Source: a bacterium
GTDB lineage: Bacteria > Margulisbacteria > WOR-1 > O2-12-FULL-45-9 > XYB2-FULL-48-7
Direction: 5' to 3'
Assembly (NCBI GenBank): GCA_043812655.1
Contig: JBDRLW010000045.1
Coordinates: forward strand, 1 to 38,687
DNA length: 38,687 nucleotides
This document shows positions 1 to 8,991 of the stretch, piece after piece. The notes under the pieces are model-generated. The model was given only the letters and a program-made list of their open reading frames with translations. It was not told the origin of the DNA and did no database searches. A program made the position numbers and the translations under genes. Position 1 is the stretch's first letter. Each line of letters begins with the position of its first letter.

Positions 1-537
1 GATCGGAAAAAGTTTCCCCGGCTGGCCAGAGCGAATATCCGGCAATGATCCGGCAGTAAAAAATGAGATCAGGACCATGAACGCGCTTAGCGCGAAGATC
101 AGCTCATATGAGCCGACCAAGCCGGCCAGGATCGCCCCAAATGCCCACCCGAGCGAAGTAAAAGCGGAATATTTCCCCATCTTCCCTGCCCGCTCATTAT
201 AAGCGTAAACAGCTAGTGCCGCCGGAAAGATCCCCGCCGCCAACCCCACCAACATTCTTGCTCCTATTAATGTAAAGAGATCATGGGCCCATAACTGGGA
301 ACAATAACAAATTGCGGCAAACAGCAAACCAAACTGGATCAGCCGGTTGATCCGCAGTCGATCGGCTAAAATACTAAAGAGGTAATTGGAGGAAAAATAT
401 GTTAGGTTGTAAACCCCGACGACCAGACCAACCTCGAACGGGCTGGCGCCAAACTCTTTGGCAATGAGGGGAATGAATATTTGTGAAGCAAAGAGAGCCG
501 CGTTATTGAGGAACTGGATCAGGCTTGTTCTTTCCAT
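1..537 (-). CDS. MFS transporter (5' part; runs off window edge)
   Basis: Manual translation from ATG at 537: MERTSLIQFLNNAALFASQIFIPLIAKEFGASPFEVGLVVG...SILADRLR...GARMLVGLAAG. Hydrophobic helices and an MFS motif-A-like ILADR; start overlaps the cysS end. Confidence 0.85.
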   Translation of the reverse strand, partial: MERTSLIQFLNNAALFASQIFIPLIAKEFGASPFEVGLVVGVYNLTYFSSNYLFSILADRLRINRLIQFGLLFAAICYCSQLWAHDLFTLIGARMLVGLAAGIFPAALAVYAYNERAGKMGKYSAFTSLGWAFGAILAGLVGSYELIFALSAFMVLISFFTAGSLPDIRSGQPGKLFPI

Positions 538-1970
538 TTAGTCCCGTACGGCGTATCTTCGATCTCTATTCCTTGTAAACTTAATTGTTTACGGATCGCA
601 TCAGCCCTGGCAAAATCTTTTTTCGCCCTTGCCTCTTCGCGCTCTTTGATCAATTTTTCAACACTGCCTTCTAGGCTTTTTCCTTCCTGCTCTACTTTTA
701 TGCCCAAAATCCCGCACAACTCGATCACAGTCTCTTTCATTAATATAAGGCACTCTTTTTCCGCTTCACCTTCATCCAAGGTTTTGCGGCAAAATTTTAT
801 CAAGTCAAAGATTGAAGCCAAGGCGCTAGCGGTATTAAAATCGTCATCCATGGCATCGATAAAGCTATCACGGAAAGGGATAAAATCTTCTTCTAGGTCA
901 ATTAATTCAATTTTGGGAGAAACTTCTTTTGTTTTACCAATTAGAAAATCAATATCTTGGATGAACTTGGTGATCCTCCCATATGCTTCTTTGCTGGCCG
1001 AGAGGTCTTTATCGCTATAATTGATCGGGCTCCGGTAATGGGTCGACAAGATAAAAAAGCGGACGACCATCGGGTCATATTTCTTGAACACATCTTTTAA
1101 GGTAAAGAAGTTGCCGAGGGATTTTGACATCTTCTGTTTATTAATATTAACAAAGCCATTATGGAGCCAATATTTTACCCAGGGAATTTTACCGGTTAAG
1201 GCTTCGGTCTGGGCAATTTCATTTTCATGGTGCGGGAATTCCAGGTCAAGCCCGCCGCCATGGATATCAAACTGCTCGCCCAGGTATTTAGTCGACATTA
1301 CGGAACATTCAATGTGCCAGCCGGGGCGCCCCTCCCCCCATGGGCTCGGCCAAGACGGTTCGCCTTTCTTTGCTTTTTTCCATAAAGCAAAATCAAGCGG
1401 GTTTTTCTTTTTCTGGTCTATCTGGATCCTAGCCCCTGACTCCTGGTCTTCCTTTTTTTTACCGGACAACTTCCCGTAATTTTCGAATTTATCAACTTCA
1501 AAATAAACCCCGTCTTCCAGCTGATAAGCAAAACCTTTTTTGGTTAAACCTTCGATCCAACTCACCATCTCCGGTATATGTTCCGTCGCTTTCGGATACA
1601 TATCGGCCCGTTTAACATTTAATTGATCCATCACTTCAAAAAATGCCTTAATATATTTTTCCGAAACTTCTTTACATCCCTCTTTTGGATCTTGTAATTT
1701 TGGTATTGTTTGTAATTTGGTGCTTGTGGTTTGTGATTTAGCAATTATCTTATCATCCACATCCGTTATATTCTGAATATGCGTCACTTCAAATCCAGAA
1801 TGTTCTAAATAACGCCTAATAACATCAAAAGTAATATAAGCGCGACCATGCCCCAGGTGGGTTTCATCATACGGCGTTATGCCGCAAACATACATTTTCA
1901 CCTGATCAGGAGTTAAGGGGATAAACTCTTCTTTTTTTCGGGTTAAGGTATTATATACAAGAATTGACAT
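519..1970 (-). CDS. cysS: cysteine--tRNA ligase
   Basis: MYVCGITPYD, HLGH (HIGH), GRPGWHIECS, HGGGLDLEFPHHENE, KMSKSLGN. Confidence 0.98.
   Translation of the reverse strand: MSILVYNTLTRKKEEFIPLTPDQVKMYVCGITPYDETHLGHGRAYITFDVIRRYLEHSGFEVTHIQNITDVDDKIIAKSQTTSTKLQTIPKLQDPKEGCKEVSEKYIKAFFEVMDQLNVKRADMYPKATEHIPEMVSWIEGLTKKGFAYQLEDGVYFEVDKFENYGKLSGKKKEDQESGARIQIDQKKKNPLDFALWKKAKKGEPSWPSPWGEGRPGWHIECSVMSTKYLGEQFDIHGGGLDLEFPHHENEIAQTEALTGKIPWVKYWLHNGFVNINKQKMSKSLGNFFTLKDVFKKYDPMVVRFFILSTHYRSPINYSDKDLSASKEAYGRITKFIQDIDFLIGKTKEVSPKIELIDLEEDFIPFRDSFIDAMDDDFNTASALASIFDLIKFCRKTLDEGEAEKECLILMKETVIELCGILGIKVEQEGKSLEGSVEKLIKEREEARAKKDFARADAIRKQLSLQGIEIEDTPYGTKWKEQA
1685..1739. repeat. heptamer-periodic repeat arm translated in frame within cysS
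   Basis: TTTGTAA TTTGGTG CTTGTGG TTTGTGA at 1709-1736; encodes the extra segment SQTTSTKLQTIPKLQDP. Confidence 0.7.
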
Positions 1971-2017
1971 ATATTGTTATTTTAACACGGGCGACGCCAG
2001 CAACGCTATTTTCATCT

Positions 2018-2057
2018 TATTCATCAACCTATTCATCAATCTATTCATCAATCTATT
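2018..2057. repeat. 12-bp tandem repeat TATTCATCAAYC x3
   Basis: Units at 2018, 2030 and 2042, plus a partial unit. Confidence 0.9.
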
Positions 2058-2211
2058 ATTTGTCATTATTATGCCATAATATAGTGCAATGACCGGCCTG
2101 CCCCTTGAGGTTCACCAAAGAAGCCCGCTCAATTACTTCTCTGGCTGAAGTAATAAGTGTAAGATTATTTAATATCTTTTCTGTTATTGTGTAATTTGGC
2201 TTAAAGCCCAT
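2056..2211 (-). pseudogene. internally deleted Fic-family gene remnant
   Basis: GGAG + ATG: MGFKPNYTITEKILNNLTLITSAREVIERASLV resembles Fic-protein N-termini. A shifted frame at the end reads GAGRSLHYIMA*, resembling the C-terminal wHTH end of such proteins. Confidence 0.6.
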
Positions 2212-2275
2212 GATCTACTCCATTTAATGCTCTTCTTATAAACCTTTATAAGTTAATTTTAGCATATCTTTTAAG

Positions 2276-2304
2276 TTGACACTGGAGGATTAGTGGTGTA
2301 TTAT
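2276..2304 (+). promoter_or_regulatory. sigma70 promoter of NHL gene
   Basis: TTGACA-N17-TATTAT, followed by AGGAGG before ATG 2339. Confidence 0.75.
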
Positions 2305-2338
2305 TTTTTGCATAGGATTAAATAGGAGGTAATTGATT

Positions 2339-3850
2339 ATGAAAAAGTGGATGGGATTAGTGTTGGTAATTGTTGTTTTATTTTTTAGTCCAATAACAGC
2401 AGCCTGGGGGGAAGAATATGTTTTTGATACTAAATGGGGTTCATCTGGGGAGGCTGATGGCCAATTCTCGAGAGCTTCAGGCATAGCTGTAGATAATTCT
2501 GGCAATGTTTATGTTGTAGACCAAGATAATCATCGAATTCAAAAGTTCGATACCTCTGGTAGTTTCATAACAAAATGGGGCTCTTTTGGCTCGGAAGATG
2601 GCCAGTTTAAGTGTCCAATAGATATAACAATTGATAGTTCAGATAATATCTATGTTATAGATTCATTGAATCATCGAATTCAAAAGTTTGACCCCTCCGG
2701 TCGTTTCCTAACTAAATGGGGCAATTATGGCACGGGAGACGGCCAGTTTAAGTTTCATTCCGGAGAAAGCTGTTTTGGCATTGCCAATGATAATTCTGGC
2801 AGTATTTATATTGTAGATGCTGGTAACTATCGAATTCAAAAGTTTGATTCCTCTGGTCGTTTTATAACTAAATGGGGCAATTATGGCACGGGAGACGGCC
2901 AGTTTAGTAATCCGACAGGAATAGCCGTTGATAGTTTAGGCAATATTCATGTAGGAGATCCCGACCATAGACAAATACAGAAATTTGATTCCTCGGGGAA
3001 CTTCATAACTAAATGGTCATCCAGGGGACAAGGAAATGGTCAATTTGAACTACTTGGCGATATGGCGGTTGACAACTCTGGCAACTTCTATGTTCTTGAA
3101 TCTGGTGGCCTTAAAGTTGGATTCCAGACCTTTAATTCCTCTTGTGATTTCATAACCAGATGGACTCCAGAACAAATGGGAACAGGAGACGGCCAATTTT
3201 TAAAGCCTGTTGGAATAGCAATAAATAATGCCAATGTTTATGTCACTGATGTTCGTCAAAATCGAATCCAGAGATTTCGACCAGCCTCACAGCCTCCCCA
3301 AACCGTTTCCGCCCGTATTGTGGTAAATAAAGAGGTTCCCTCCCTCCAGCGCGGCACCCCCACGCCGCGAACCGCGCCGAAAGCGCCGATTTCCAGAAAA
3401 ACCGCAGTTAAAACCACTACTACTACCACATTGATCTCAAACAAAGCGATAATACAGAAAAGATTAGCGCGGAGAACCCTGACTGCTAAAAAAGCTCCAA
3501 CAATATTAGGAAAAGTTGAACCGAGCACTCCGCAGTCGCCGGACACCGGAACTGCCGGCCCGCAGAATATTATGGTGCCAGCCAATTATGCCAGGATTAC
3601 TGTCAAACTAAAAGCAACCGGCGCAACAGTGGCAACTCTGCCGCAGGCTGGTGTTAATGCGGGAGCCGAAGGAGCAAATGTTTTTAATTTGGCCTTGCAG
3701 CCAAACACGGACTATATCGTCGAAGCCGAAGATACCGCCCCGTGGGATGGATTTACCAGGTTTCAACCGACCTACAATCGGGAATTCACCACCCCGGCTT
3801 CGGGTGATTTCGCATATGAAATTAAATTAATGATATTGAGCACTCAATGA
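2339..3850 (+). CDS. secreted NHL-repeat (6-bladed beta-propeller) protein with basic T/K/R-rich linker and unknown C-terminal domain
   Basis: Signal peptide MKKWMGLVLVIVVLFFSPITAA; repeated KWGxxGxxDGQFxxPxGIAVDxxGNIYVxDxxNHRIQKFD; ATG at 2339 follows the SD. Confidence 0.9.
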   Translation: MKKWMGLVLVIVVLFFSPITAAWGEEYVFDTKWGSSGEADGQFSRASGIAVDNSGNVYVVDQDNHRIQKFDTSGSFITKWGSFGSEDGQFKCPIDITIDSSDNIYVIDSLNHRIQKFDPSGRFLTKWGNYGTGDGQFKFHSGESCFGIANDNSGSIYIVDAGNYRIQKFDSSGRFITKWGNYGTGDGQFSNPTGIAVDSLGNIHVGDPDHRQIQKFDSSGNFITKWSSRGQGNGQFELLGDMAVDNSGNFYVLESGGLKVGFQTFNSSCDFITRWTPEQMGTGDGQFLKPVGIAINNANVYVTDVRQNRIQRFRPASQPPQTVSARIVVNKEVPSLQRGTPTPRTAPKAPISRKTAVKTTTTTTLISNKAIIQKRLARRTLTAKKAPTILGKVEPSTPQSPDTGTAGPQNIMVPANYARITVKLKATGATVATLPQAGVNAGAEGANVFNLALQPNTDYIVEAEDTAPWDGFTRFQPTYNREFTTPASGDFAYEIKLMILSTQ

Positions 3851-3890
3851 TATCTACCATTCTTTAAACAGATCGAGCTGGTCTCTAATT

Positions 3891-3924
3891 AAAATCCCCC
3901 GGGTTTTTCCGGGGCTTCTTGTTT
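3891..3924 (+). terminator. intrinsic terminator between convergent NHL and LRR genes
   Basis: CCCCGG-GTTTTT-CCGGGG stem followed by CTTCTTGTTT; AAAA on the other side. Confidence 0.7.
3904..3924. repeat. 21-bp direct repeat copy 1 (TTTTTCCGGGGCTTCTTGTTT)
   Basis: Identical to 5527-5547. Confidence 0.9.
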
Positions 3925-4024
3925 AAAAACTTGGTTTGCCCCTATTTCACCCTATTTTGAGCCCTGAGGAAAAAAGAAATAGGAGAATGGAAAGACGCCT
4001 ATGCCTTTTCTTTTCCTCCCTTGT

Positions 4025-5317
4025 TTACGGCCAATAAACCGTAACGCCTTCAGCCCTTAATCTGGCTATTTGGGATGGCGGGATTTGAGGGTTGGACTGT
4101 AAACTGACTTCATCACCAGAACCTAATCCACCATTAATAGCATTATCAATAAGGGGAATAATATCCGTTATTTGGTTGTTGTCAAGCCAAAGCTCAGTTA
4201 ACTCAGTAAGCCTAGCGAGTGGAGTTATATCGGCGAGTGGGTTGTAGCCAAGCCAAAGCTCCGTTAAATCAGTAAGGTTCGCTAAAGGAGTTATGCTGGA
4301 TATTCGGTTTGAGTATAATCCAAGCACAGTTAAATCAGTAAGGTTCGCTAAAGGAGTTATGCTGGATATTTGGTTGTAGTCAAGCCAAAGCTCCGTTAAC
4401 TTCGTAAGGCCCGCTAAAGGAGTTATGCTGGATATTTGGTTTGAGTATAATCCAAGCATAGTTAAATCAGTAAGGTTCGCTAAAGGAGTTATGCTGGATA
4501 TTTGGTTGTAGTCAAGCCAAAGCTCCGTTAACTTCGTAAGACCTGCTAAAGGAGTTATGCTGGATATTTGGTTGTGGCCAAGCCAAAGCTCCGTTAACTT
4601 CGTAAGGCCCGCTAAAGAAGTTATGCTGGATATTTGGTTTGAGTATAGTCCAAGCATAGTTAAATTAGTAAGGTTAGCTAAAGGAGTTATGCTGGATATT
4701 TGGTTTGAGGTTAGTCTAAGTGTGGTTAAATTAGTAAGCCCCTCTAAAGGAGTTATATCGGATATTTGGTTGTTGTCAAGCGTAAGCGAGGTTAAATTAG
4801 TAAAACATTCAATTCCGGAAAGATCATAAATGTTTCTCCCATTTAAGTCTAACGTTGTTATATTAAGCGCGTCTTGAAGGGTTATATCATCATTTGGTCC
4901 TTTGCCTAACGCTTCCAATATTGCGTTTCTAAAGTTAACGCCTGTGAACTTATCGGTTATTATCCCATCGCCGTCGGGGTCGCAGCTATATTGGATGAAA
5001 CCAGCGTCACAAATTGCTCCGGTGTCTCCAGGCCCGGCATCCCCAGGTCCGGCATCAATAGTTCTAACGGCGCCAGCATCTTTTTTTGGTTCGGGTATTG
5101 GATTGGGCAAACAACTGCAACCACCGAGGCTGGCTGGAGCTGTTGTTATGGCGTGATAAGCGATGACTCCCGCGGTCAGGGCTATATTGGCCGGCAAAGC
5201 CGCGGCTCGCGCTACCTGGTCGCTGGCAGTCGCTTCAGGATCGCTAAAGTTAAAAGTATAACCGATGTAGCCTTTTAAAGAGTATTGCGGGGCGGAGACA
5301 TTGTTTATATTAGACAT
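4025..5317 (-). CDS. internalin-like leucine-rich repeat protein
   Basis: 22-aa repeats LxxLTxLxLxxNQISSITPL with near-identical 66-bp nucleotide units (~4180-4800); AAGGAG SD; N-terminal extension with hydrophobic stretch, GGCSC and DAGPG repeats. Confidence 0.92.
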   Translation of the reverse strand: MSNINNVSAPQYSLKGYIGYTFNFSDPEATASDQVARAAALPANIALTAGVIAYHAITTAPASLGGCSCLPNPIPEPKKDAGAVRTIDAGPGDAGPGDTGAICDAGFIQYSCDPDGDGIITDKFTGVNFRNAILEALGKGPNDDITLQDALNITTLDLNGRNIYDLSGIECFTNLTSLTLDNNQISDITPLEGLTNLTTLRLTSNQISSITPLANLTNLTMLGLYSNQISSITSLAGLTKLTELWLGHNQISSITPLAGLTKLTELWLDYNQISSITPLANLTDLTMLGLYSNQISSITPLAGLTKLTELWLDYNQISSITPLANLTDLTVLGLYSNRISSITPLANLTDLTELWLGYNPLADITPLARLTELTELWLDNNQITDIIPLIDNAINGGLGSGDEVSLQSNPQIPPSQIARLRAEGVTVYWP

Positions 5318-5352
5318 TTCAATTAACTCCTTTTATGGAACTATCACAACTG

Positions 5353-5396
5353 GAACATAGGCTCGGAACCTGCCCGCCAGAGGCGGGCCTTTGTTC
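5353..5396. repeat. REP-like palindrome CCTGCCCGCCAGAGGCGGG nested in a hairpin in the LRR leader
   Basis: CCCGCC-AGA-GGCGGG (5373-5387) inside GAACATAGG...CCTTTGTTC. Confidence 0.6.
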
Positions 5397-5402
5397 TATA
5401 AC

Positions 5403-5430
5403 ATTATCCTCACTTAACCCGAGAAATTTC
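5403..5430 (-). promoter_or_regulatory. sigma28-like promoter motif upstream of LRR gene
   Basis: GAAATTT-N13-AGGATAAT on minus strand. Confidence 0.6.
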
Positions 5431-5526
5431 ACTTAATTTAACGATAGGTCTGTCGGATATTGATCATGGGTCCGTCCTGTGGCTACAAAGCCAATCTTAA
5501 CTAGCTATATGGTTTGCTCAATAGGT

Positions 5527-5547
5527 TTTTTCCGGGGCTTCTTGTTT
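5527..5547. repeat. 21-bp direct repeat copy 2
   Basis: Identical to 3904-3924; only the right half of the terminator stem is present. Confidence 0.9.
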
Positions 5548-5562
5548 TTTCTAGGGGGTTAA

Positions 5563-6165
5563 TTACTTCCGCTTTTCTAAAGCCTTGATCCGCTGGTTCA
5601 ATTCGTTGATCGCCTTGTGGATCGGATCCGGTAAAGAGCCATGTTCGAGCGGATCGAGGCGTCTCCCCTCTTGCTTTAAGACCCAAGAAGGATTGCCGAC
5701 GACAGTAGTTCCTGCCGGCACATCTTTAGTCACCACCGAACCAGCGCCGATGCGCGAATTGTTACCGATCTTGATATTGCCTAAAACTATCGCCCCCGCC
5801 CCGATCACAACATTATTCCCGATCGTGGGATGGCGTTTTCCTTTTTCTTTTCCCGTTCCGCCAAGGGTCACTCCCTGATAAACAGTGACATCATTGCCAA
5901 TTATGGTCGTTTCACCGATCACCACGCCATTGCCGTGGTCAATAAAAAACCGTTGTCCGATCTTTGCTCCGGGATGGATCTCGATCAAAGTAATAAGCCG
6001 CGCGATCTGTGAGATCAACCTTGGAATGACCGGGACGCGCCAACCATATAAGAGATGGGCCAGGCGATGGATCCAAACCGCCCAAAGCCCCTGGTACAGC
6101 AAAACTTCAAAAACATTTTTCGCCGCCGGGTCTTTTTCAAAAATTACTTTAATATCGTCAAACAT
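5563..6165 (-). CDS. cysE: serine O-acetyltransferase
   Basis: [39 protein letters not shown]. Confidence 0.97.
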   Translation of the reverse strand: MFDDIKVIFEKDPAAKNVFEVLLYQGLWAVWIHRLAHLLYGWRVPVIPRLISQIARLITLIEIHPGAKIGQRFFIDHGNGVVIGETTIIGNDVTVYQGVTLGGTGKEKGKRHPTIGNNVVIGAGAIVLGNIKIGNNSRIGAGSVVTKDVPAGTTVVGNPSWVLKQEGRRLDPLEHGSLPDPIHKAINELNQRIKALEKRK

Positions 6166-6180
6166 TCTTACCTCCTGCTG

Positions 6181-6235
6181 GAATAGGGTAACGGGTAACG
6201 CGAAGTAAATATTCCCGTTACGCGTTACCCTATTC
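6181..6235. repeat. 24-bp inverted repeat built of GSGTAAC heptamers
   Basis: GAATAGGGTAACGGGTAACGCGAA ... TTCCCGTTACGCGTTACCCTATTC (22/24 complementary). Confidence 0.85.
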
Positions 6236-6246
6236 GCATTACCAGC

Positions 6247-6777
6247 TTATTTCCTATCAAAAAACGGATTTTTGGCCGACACCGAAAGCGGGATGCCGTA
6301 AGCGATCTTGACTTCCTCGCCCAGCAATTTCAGCTCCACCGCCGCTTTGCCAACGGAATACATCACCCGATTATCAAGGCGATGGTCGATCGCTGTCGCC
6401 ACGGCCGAACCGATCGCGATCCCCAGATCCCCTGTATTATAAGCGCAGACGACGCCCGCTTTCTCAGCCGCCGCGCAATCCTTTTGTCCGCAAAAAGAAC
6501 AATATTTCAATCCGATCGTCTTGGTTTTTGTCCCGATCAAAATTATCGCTTGCGCACTTTTAATGTTTTCGCAGTCGCGCAAAAAAGTCTGGTGCGACAA
6601 CCGCTCGCCGATCTCTTTCATCTTGGCCGAAAGTTTTTGGATATCGTCACCGGTTAAAACCGCGATCTCTAAAAGGTCAAGCCCTCTGGCTTTAGGGGCC
6701 GTCCTGGCCGCTAAACAGATCTCCCTCGCAATTTCTTCTACGACAGCCGAGCGGAACGTTTCTTCTTTCTTAAACAT
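6247..6777 (-). CDS. DUF2148-type ferredoxin-domain/nitroreductase-like protein
   Basis: AARTAPKARG, CSFCGQKDC, DLGIAIGSA, DNRVMYSVG, KNPFFDR. Confidence 0.85.
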   Translation of the reverse strand: MFKKEETFRSAVVEEIAREICLAARTAPKARGLDLLEIAVLTGDDIQKLSAKMKEIGERLSHQTFLRDCENIKSAQAIILIGTKTKTIGLKYCSFCGQKDCAAAEKAGVVCAYNTGDLGIAIGSAVATAIDHRLDNRVMYSVGKAAVELKLLGEEVKIAYGIPLSVSAKNPFFDRK

Positions 6778-7768
6778 TCAAGCAACTCTGGAGGGAATTT
6801 AATTGTTTAGGCGAGCCAACGGCGACTAAAACGTCGCCGTTTTCAATTTTAGATTCGGCCGCCGGCTGGTAGTTAAAGCTCCCGTCGGCTTTCCTGATCG
6901 CCACCACATGCGCCCCGGTCTTTTGCCGCACCTGCGATTCGCTTAAGGTTTTACCATTGGACTTGCTGTTCCCTTTAACGCTGCATTCCCTCATCTCCAG
7001 CTCAATATGTTCGCTGTAAAGGACCGTATCAAGATAATCGATCGCCGCCGGCTTGGTTAAAACTTGGGCCATCCTTTTGCCGGCGATAAAATACGGCGAG
7101 ATCACTTTATTGGCGCCCGCTTTTTTTAGTTTTTCTTCGGCATTGATGCTGCTCGCCCGGGCGATGATCGTTAGCCCAGGGTTCAGCACCCTGGCCGACA
7201 ACGTCACAAAAACATTTTCCGTGTCAGAATCGGCGGCGGCAATTAAGCCTTTGGCTTTTTTAATGTTCGCGCTGTTAAGCAATTTATCGGTCGTAATATC
7301 GCCAATGATATAAGGGACGTTTTTCCCTGCCAACTCATTAGCTGTCTCCGCTTTACTGTCCAAGATCACATATGGGATCTTGGCTGACGCCAGTTCAACC
7401 GCTACCTGGTGGCCAACCCGGCCAAAACCGCAAATTATATAATGATTTTTCATCGTCGCGATCGCTTTTTCCATTTTTCTCCTCCTTCTGTATCCGCTTA
7501 TCTGTCCTTCTATTATCATTTCAACTATCTGCCCTAAAATATAAACAGCGATGCCAACACCGCAAAAGACCAAGGCCATGTCAAAGATCCTCCCGGCCGG
7601 GGTCATGTGGTTAATATCCCGCCAGCCGGCGGATGTCATGGTGATAACTACCATATAAACAGATTCAAGCAGCGACCAACCTTGAAGATATTTATAGCCG
7701 ATCACGCCAATAATGGACAAAAAGAACATCGCGATGGCTGGAACGATTAATTTTCTTAATGGATTCAT
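6770..7768 (-). CDS. potassium channel protein (2TM + RCK/TrkA-N + TrkA-C)
   Basis: TM helices, pore-like TMTSAGW, HYIICGFGRVG Rossmann motif, C-terminal RCK-C. Start MNPLRK at 7768 makes an ATGA overlap with the upstream gene. Confidence 0.9.
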   Translation of the reverse strand: MNPLRKLIVPAIAMFFLSIIGVIGYKYLQGWSLLESVYMVVITMTSAGWRDINHMTPAGRIFDMALVFCGVGIAVYILGQIVEMIIEGQISGYRRRRKMEKAIATMKNHYIICGFGRVGHQVAVELASAKIPYVILDSKAETANELAGKNVPYIIGDITTDKLLNSANIKKAKGLIAAADSDTENVFVTLSARVLNPGLTIIARASSINAEEKLKKAGANKVISPYFIAGKRMAQVLTKPAAIDYLDTVLYSEHIELEMRECSVKGNSKSNGKTLSESQVRQKTGAHVVAIRKADGSFNYQPAAESKIENGDVLVAVGSPKQLNSLQSCLNV

Positions 7769-8412
7769 TTTAATAAGTAAACCGTAAAATCTCCCGGATG
7801 ATAATCGTGCCTTATTATATACCGAGTAGCCATGAAACGGCAATAATGTATTATTTCTTCCGGGTTAAAATAGAAATACCGGCCGCTATTCAGGCCTTCT
7901 TTATCCGCGATCGGCAGATAACCCTCGCTTAAAAAATTCACCGCCAGGCCGCAGCTGGAAAGGTCGTACATCCGGTTCAGCATTTCTTTAACCAGGTCAA
8001 GGTGGGTGTCAATATCGACCAAGCGGATGTTGAGCGCGCCGGAACAAAAGATATAATCGTATTTGGGCAGGTAGCGCTCGGCTAAAATATCTTTCACTTC
8101 AAACTTGGCATCAGGATATTTCTTTTTAGCTACATCAATTAATTTCTGGGAAATATCGAAACCCGTATAATTTATTTTATTGCGCGCCAGCGTGCTGTCG
8201 GCTTTTAAAAAGCCATAAAAGTCACCAAACCCGCAGCCAACATCCAAAATTGAAATTCCCGCTGCTTTTTTACCGTAGATAAATATTTCTTTGAAGATCT
8301 TGTAGCGGAGCTTTTGGCTGTCGACAGAATTCCAGTCAAGCGCCTTATAATTCTCGCCATGTTGGGCTAAAAGGTTTTCGTAATAGTCGATCTGTGGTTG
8401 AATAGCTGGCAT
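7765..8412 (-). CDS. class I SAM-dependent methyltransferase
   Basis: SILDVGCGFGD, YTGFDIS, YDYIFCSG. Confidence 0.88.
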   Translation of the reverse strand: MPAIQPQIDYYENLLAQHGENYKALDWNSVDSQKLRYKIFKEIFIYGKKAAGISILDVGCGFGDFYGFLKADSTLARNKINYTGFDISQKLIDVAKKKYPDAKFEVKDILAERYLPKYDYIFCSGALNIRLVDIDTHLDLVKEMLNRMYDLSSCGLAVNFLSEGYLPIADKEGLNSGRYFYFNPEEIIHYCRFMATRYIIRHDYHPGDFTVYLLK

Positions 8413-8446
8413 TTTTATCTCTTTTTTGATTATAACAAAATAAGGC

Positions 8447-8474
8447 GAAATTTTCTAGAAAAGCGTTCGATATA
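8447..8474 (+). promoter_or_regulatory. sigma28-like promoter motif upstream of MraZ-like gene
   Basis: GAAATTT-N13-TCGATATA. Confidence 0.7.
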
Positions 8475-8487
8475 GGTTTGAATAAAT

Positions 8488-8988
8488 ATGGATAAAGTAA
8501 GTAGAAGACTGATTGGCCCACCACCAAAAAGAGTAACTTCGCTCAGCCCTAAAGTTAATTTAGGTAATCGCTTACTAATTGGGACTCATCGTAGGCAGAT
8601 TGATGAAAAAGGCAGAATTAGCCTAGCTGTATTTAGCGACCAATTAATGAGAGTCGCTTTGTTTCTAGTGGTAACCAAGGCAGAAGAGACTCAGATTAAA
8701 CATCTTAAAGTTTTTGATTCTGCCACCTGGACAAACATTTATGAAGGCTTAACCGATCAAGAGACTCAAACCAGGTTTTTTGATTCATCATATGATACAA
8801 GCTTAGATAAAGCGGCCAGGCTTACCTTGAGTCAAGATTGTCGGCAGACAGCCAATTTTGCTGATAATATTGCAGTTGTTCGCGGTTGTGGTAGACATTT
8901 AGAGATTTACCAAAGAAGCGACTGGGATAAAACAAATTCATCAATCAATGAAGGGACCTTATCGCCTTTTCTTATTCCTCGAAAATAA
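8488..8988 (+). CDS. divergent MraZ-like protein with N-terminal extension
   Basis: GTHRRQIDEKGRISL, LDKAARLTL, VRGCGRHLEIY..W match the two SpoVT/AbrB-type repeats of MraZ. Confidence 0.75.
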   Translation: MDKVSRRLIGPPPKRVTSLSPKVNLGNRLLIGTHRRQIDEKGRISLAVFSDQLMRVALFLVVTKAEETQIKHLKVFDSATWTNIYEGLTDQETQTRFFDSSYDTSLDKAARLTLSQDCRQTANFADNIAVVRGCGRHLEIYQRSDWDKTNSSINEGTLSPFLIPRK

Positions 8989-8991
8989 TCA

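Noticed and set aside
4180..4800. Regularly spaced repeats resembling a CRISPR array or DGR template/variable pair
   Set aside because: The period is 66 bp, in frame and coding LRRs. There are no unique spacers, cas genes or reverse transcriptase.
5440..5525. GCAAACC on the minus strand suggesting a c-di-GMP-I riboswitch upstream of the LRR gene
   Set aside because: The GNRA-capped P2 stem and the following GCAAAGC/P3 elements are missing.
7769..7843. Longer N-terminus for the K+ channel as given by the ORF track
   Set aside because: It overlaps the methyltransferase. ATG 7768 gives a canonical ATGA coupling.
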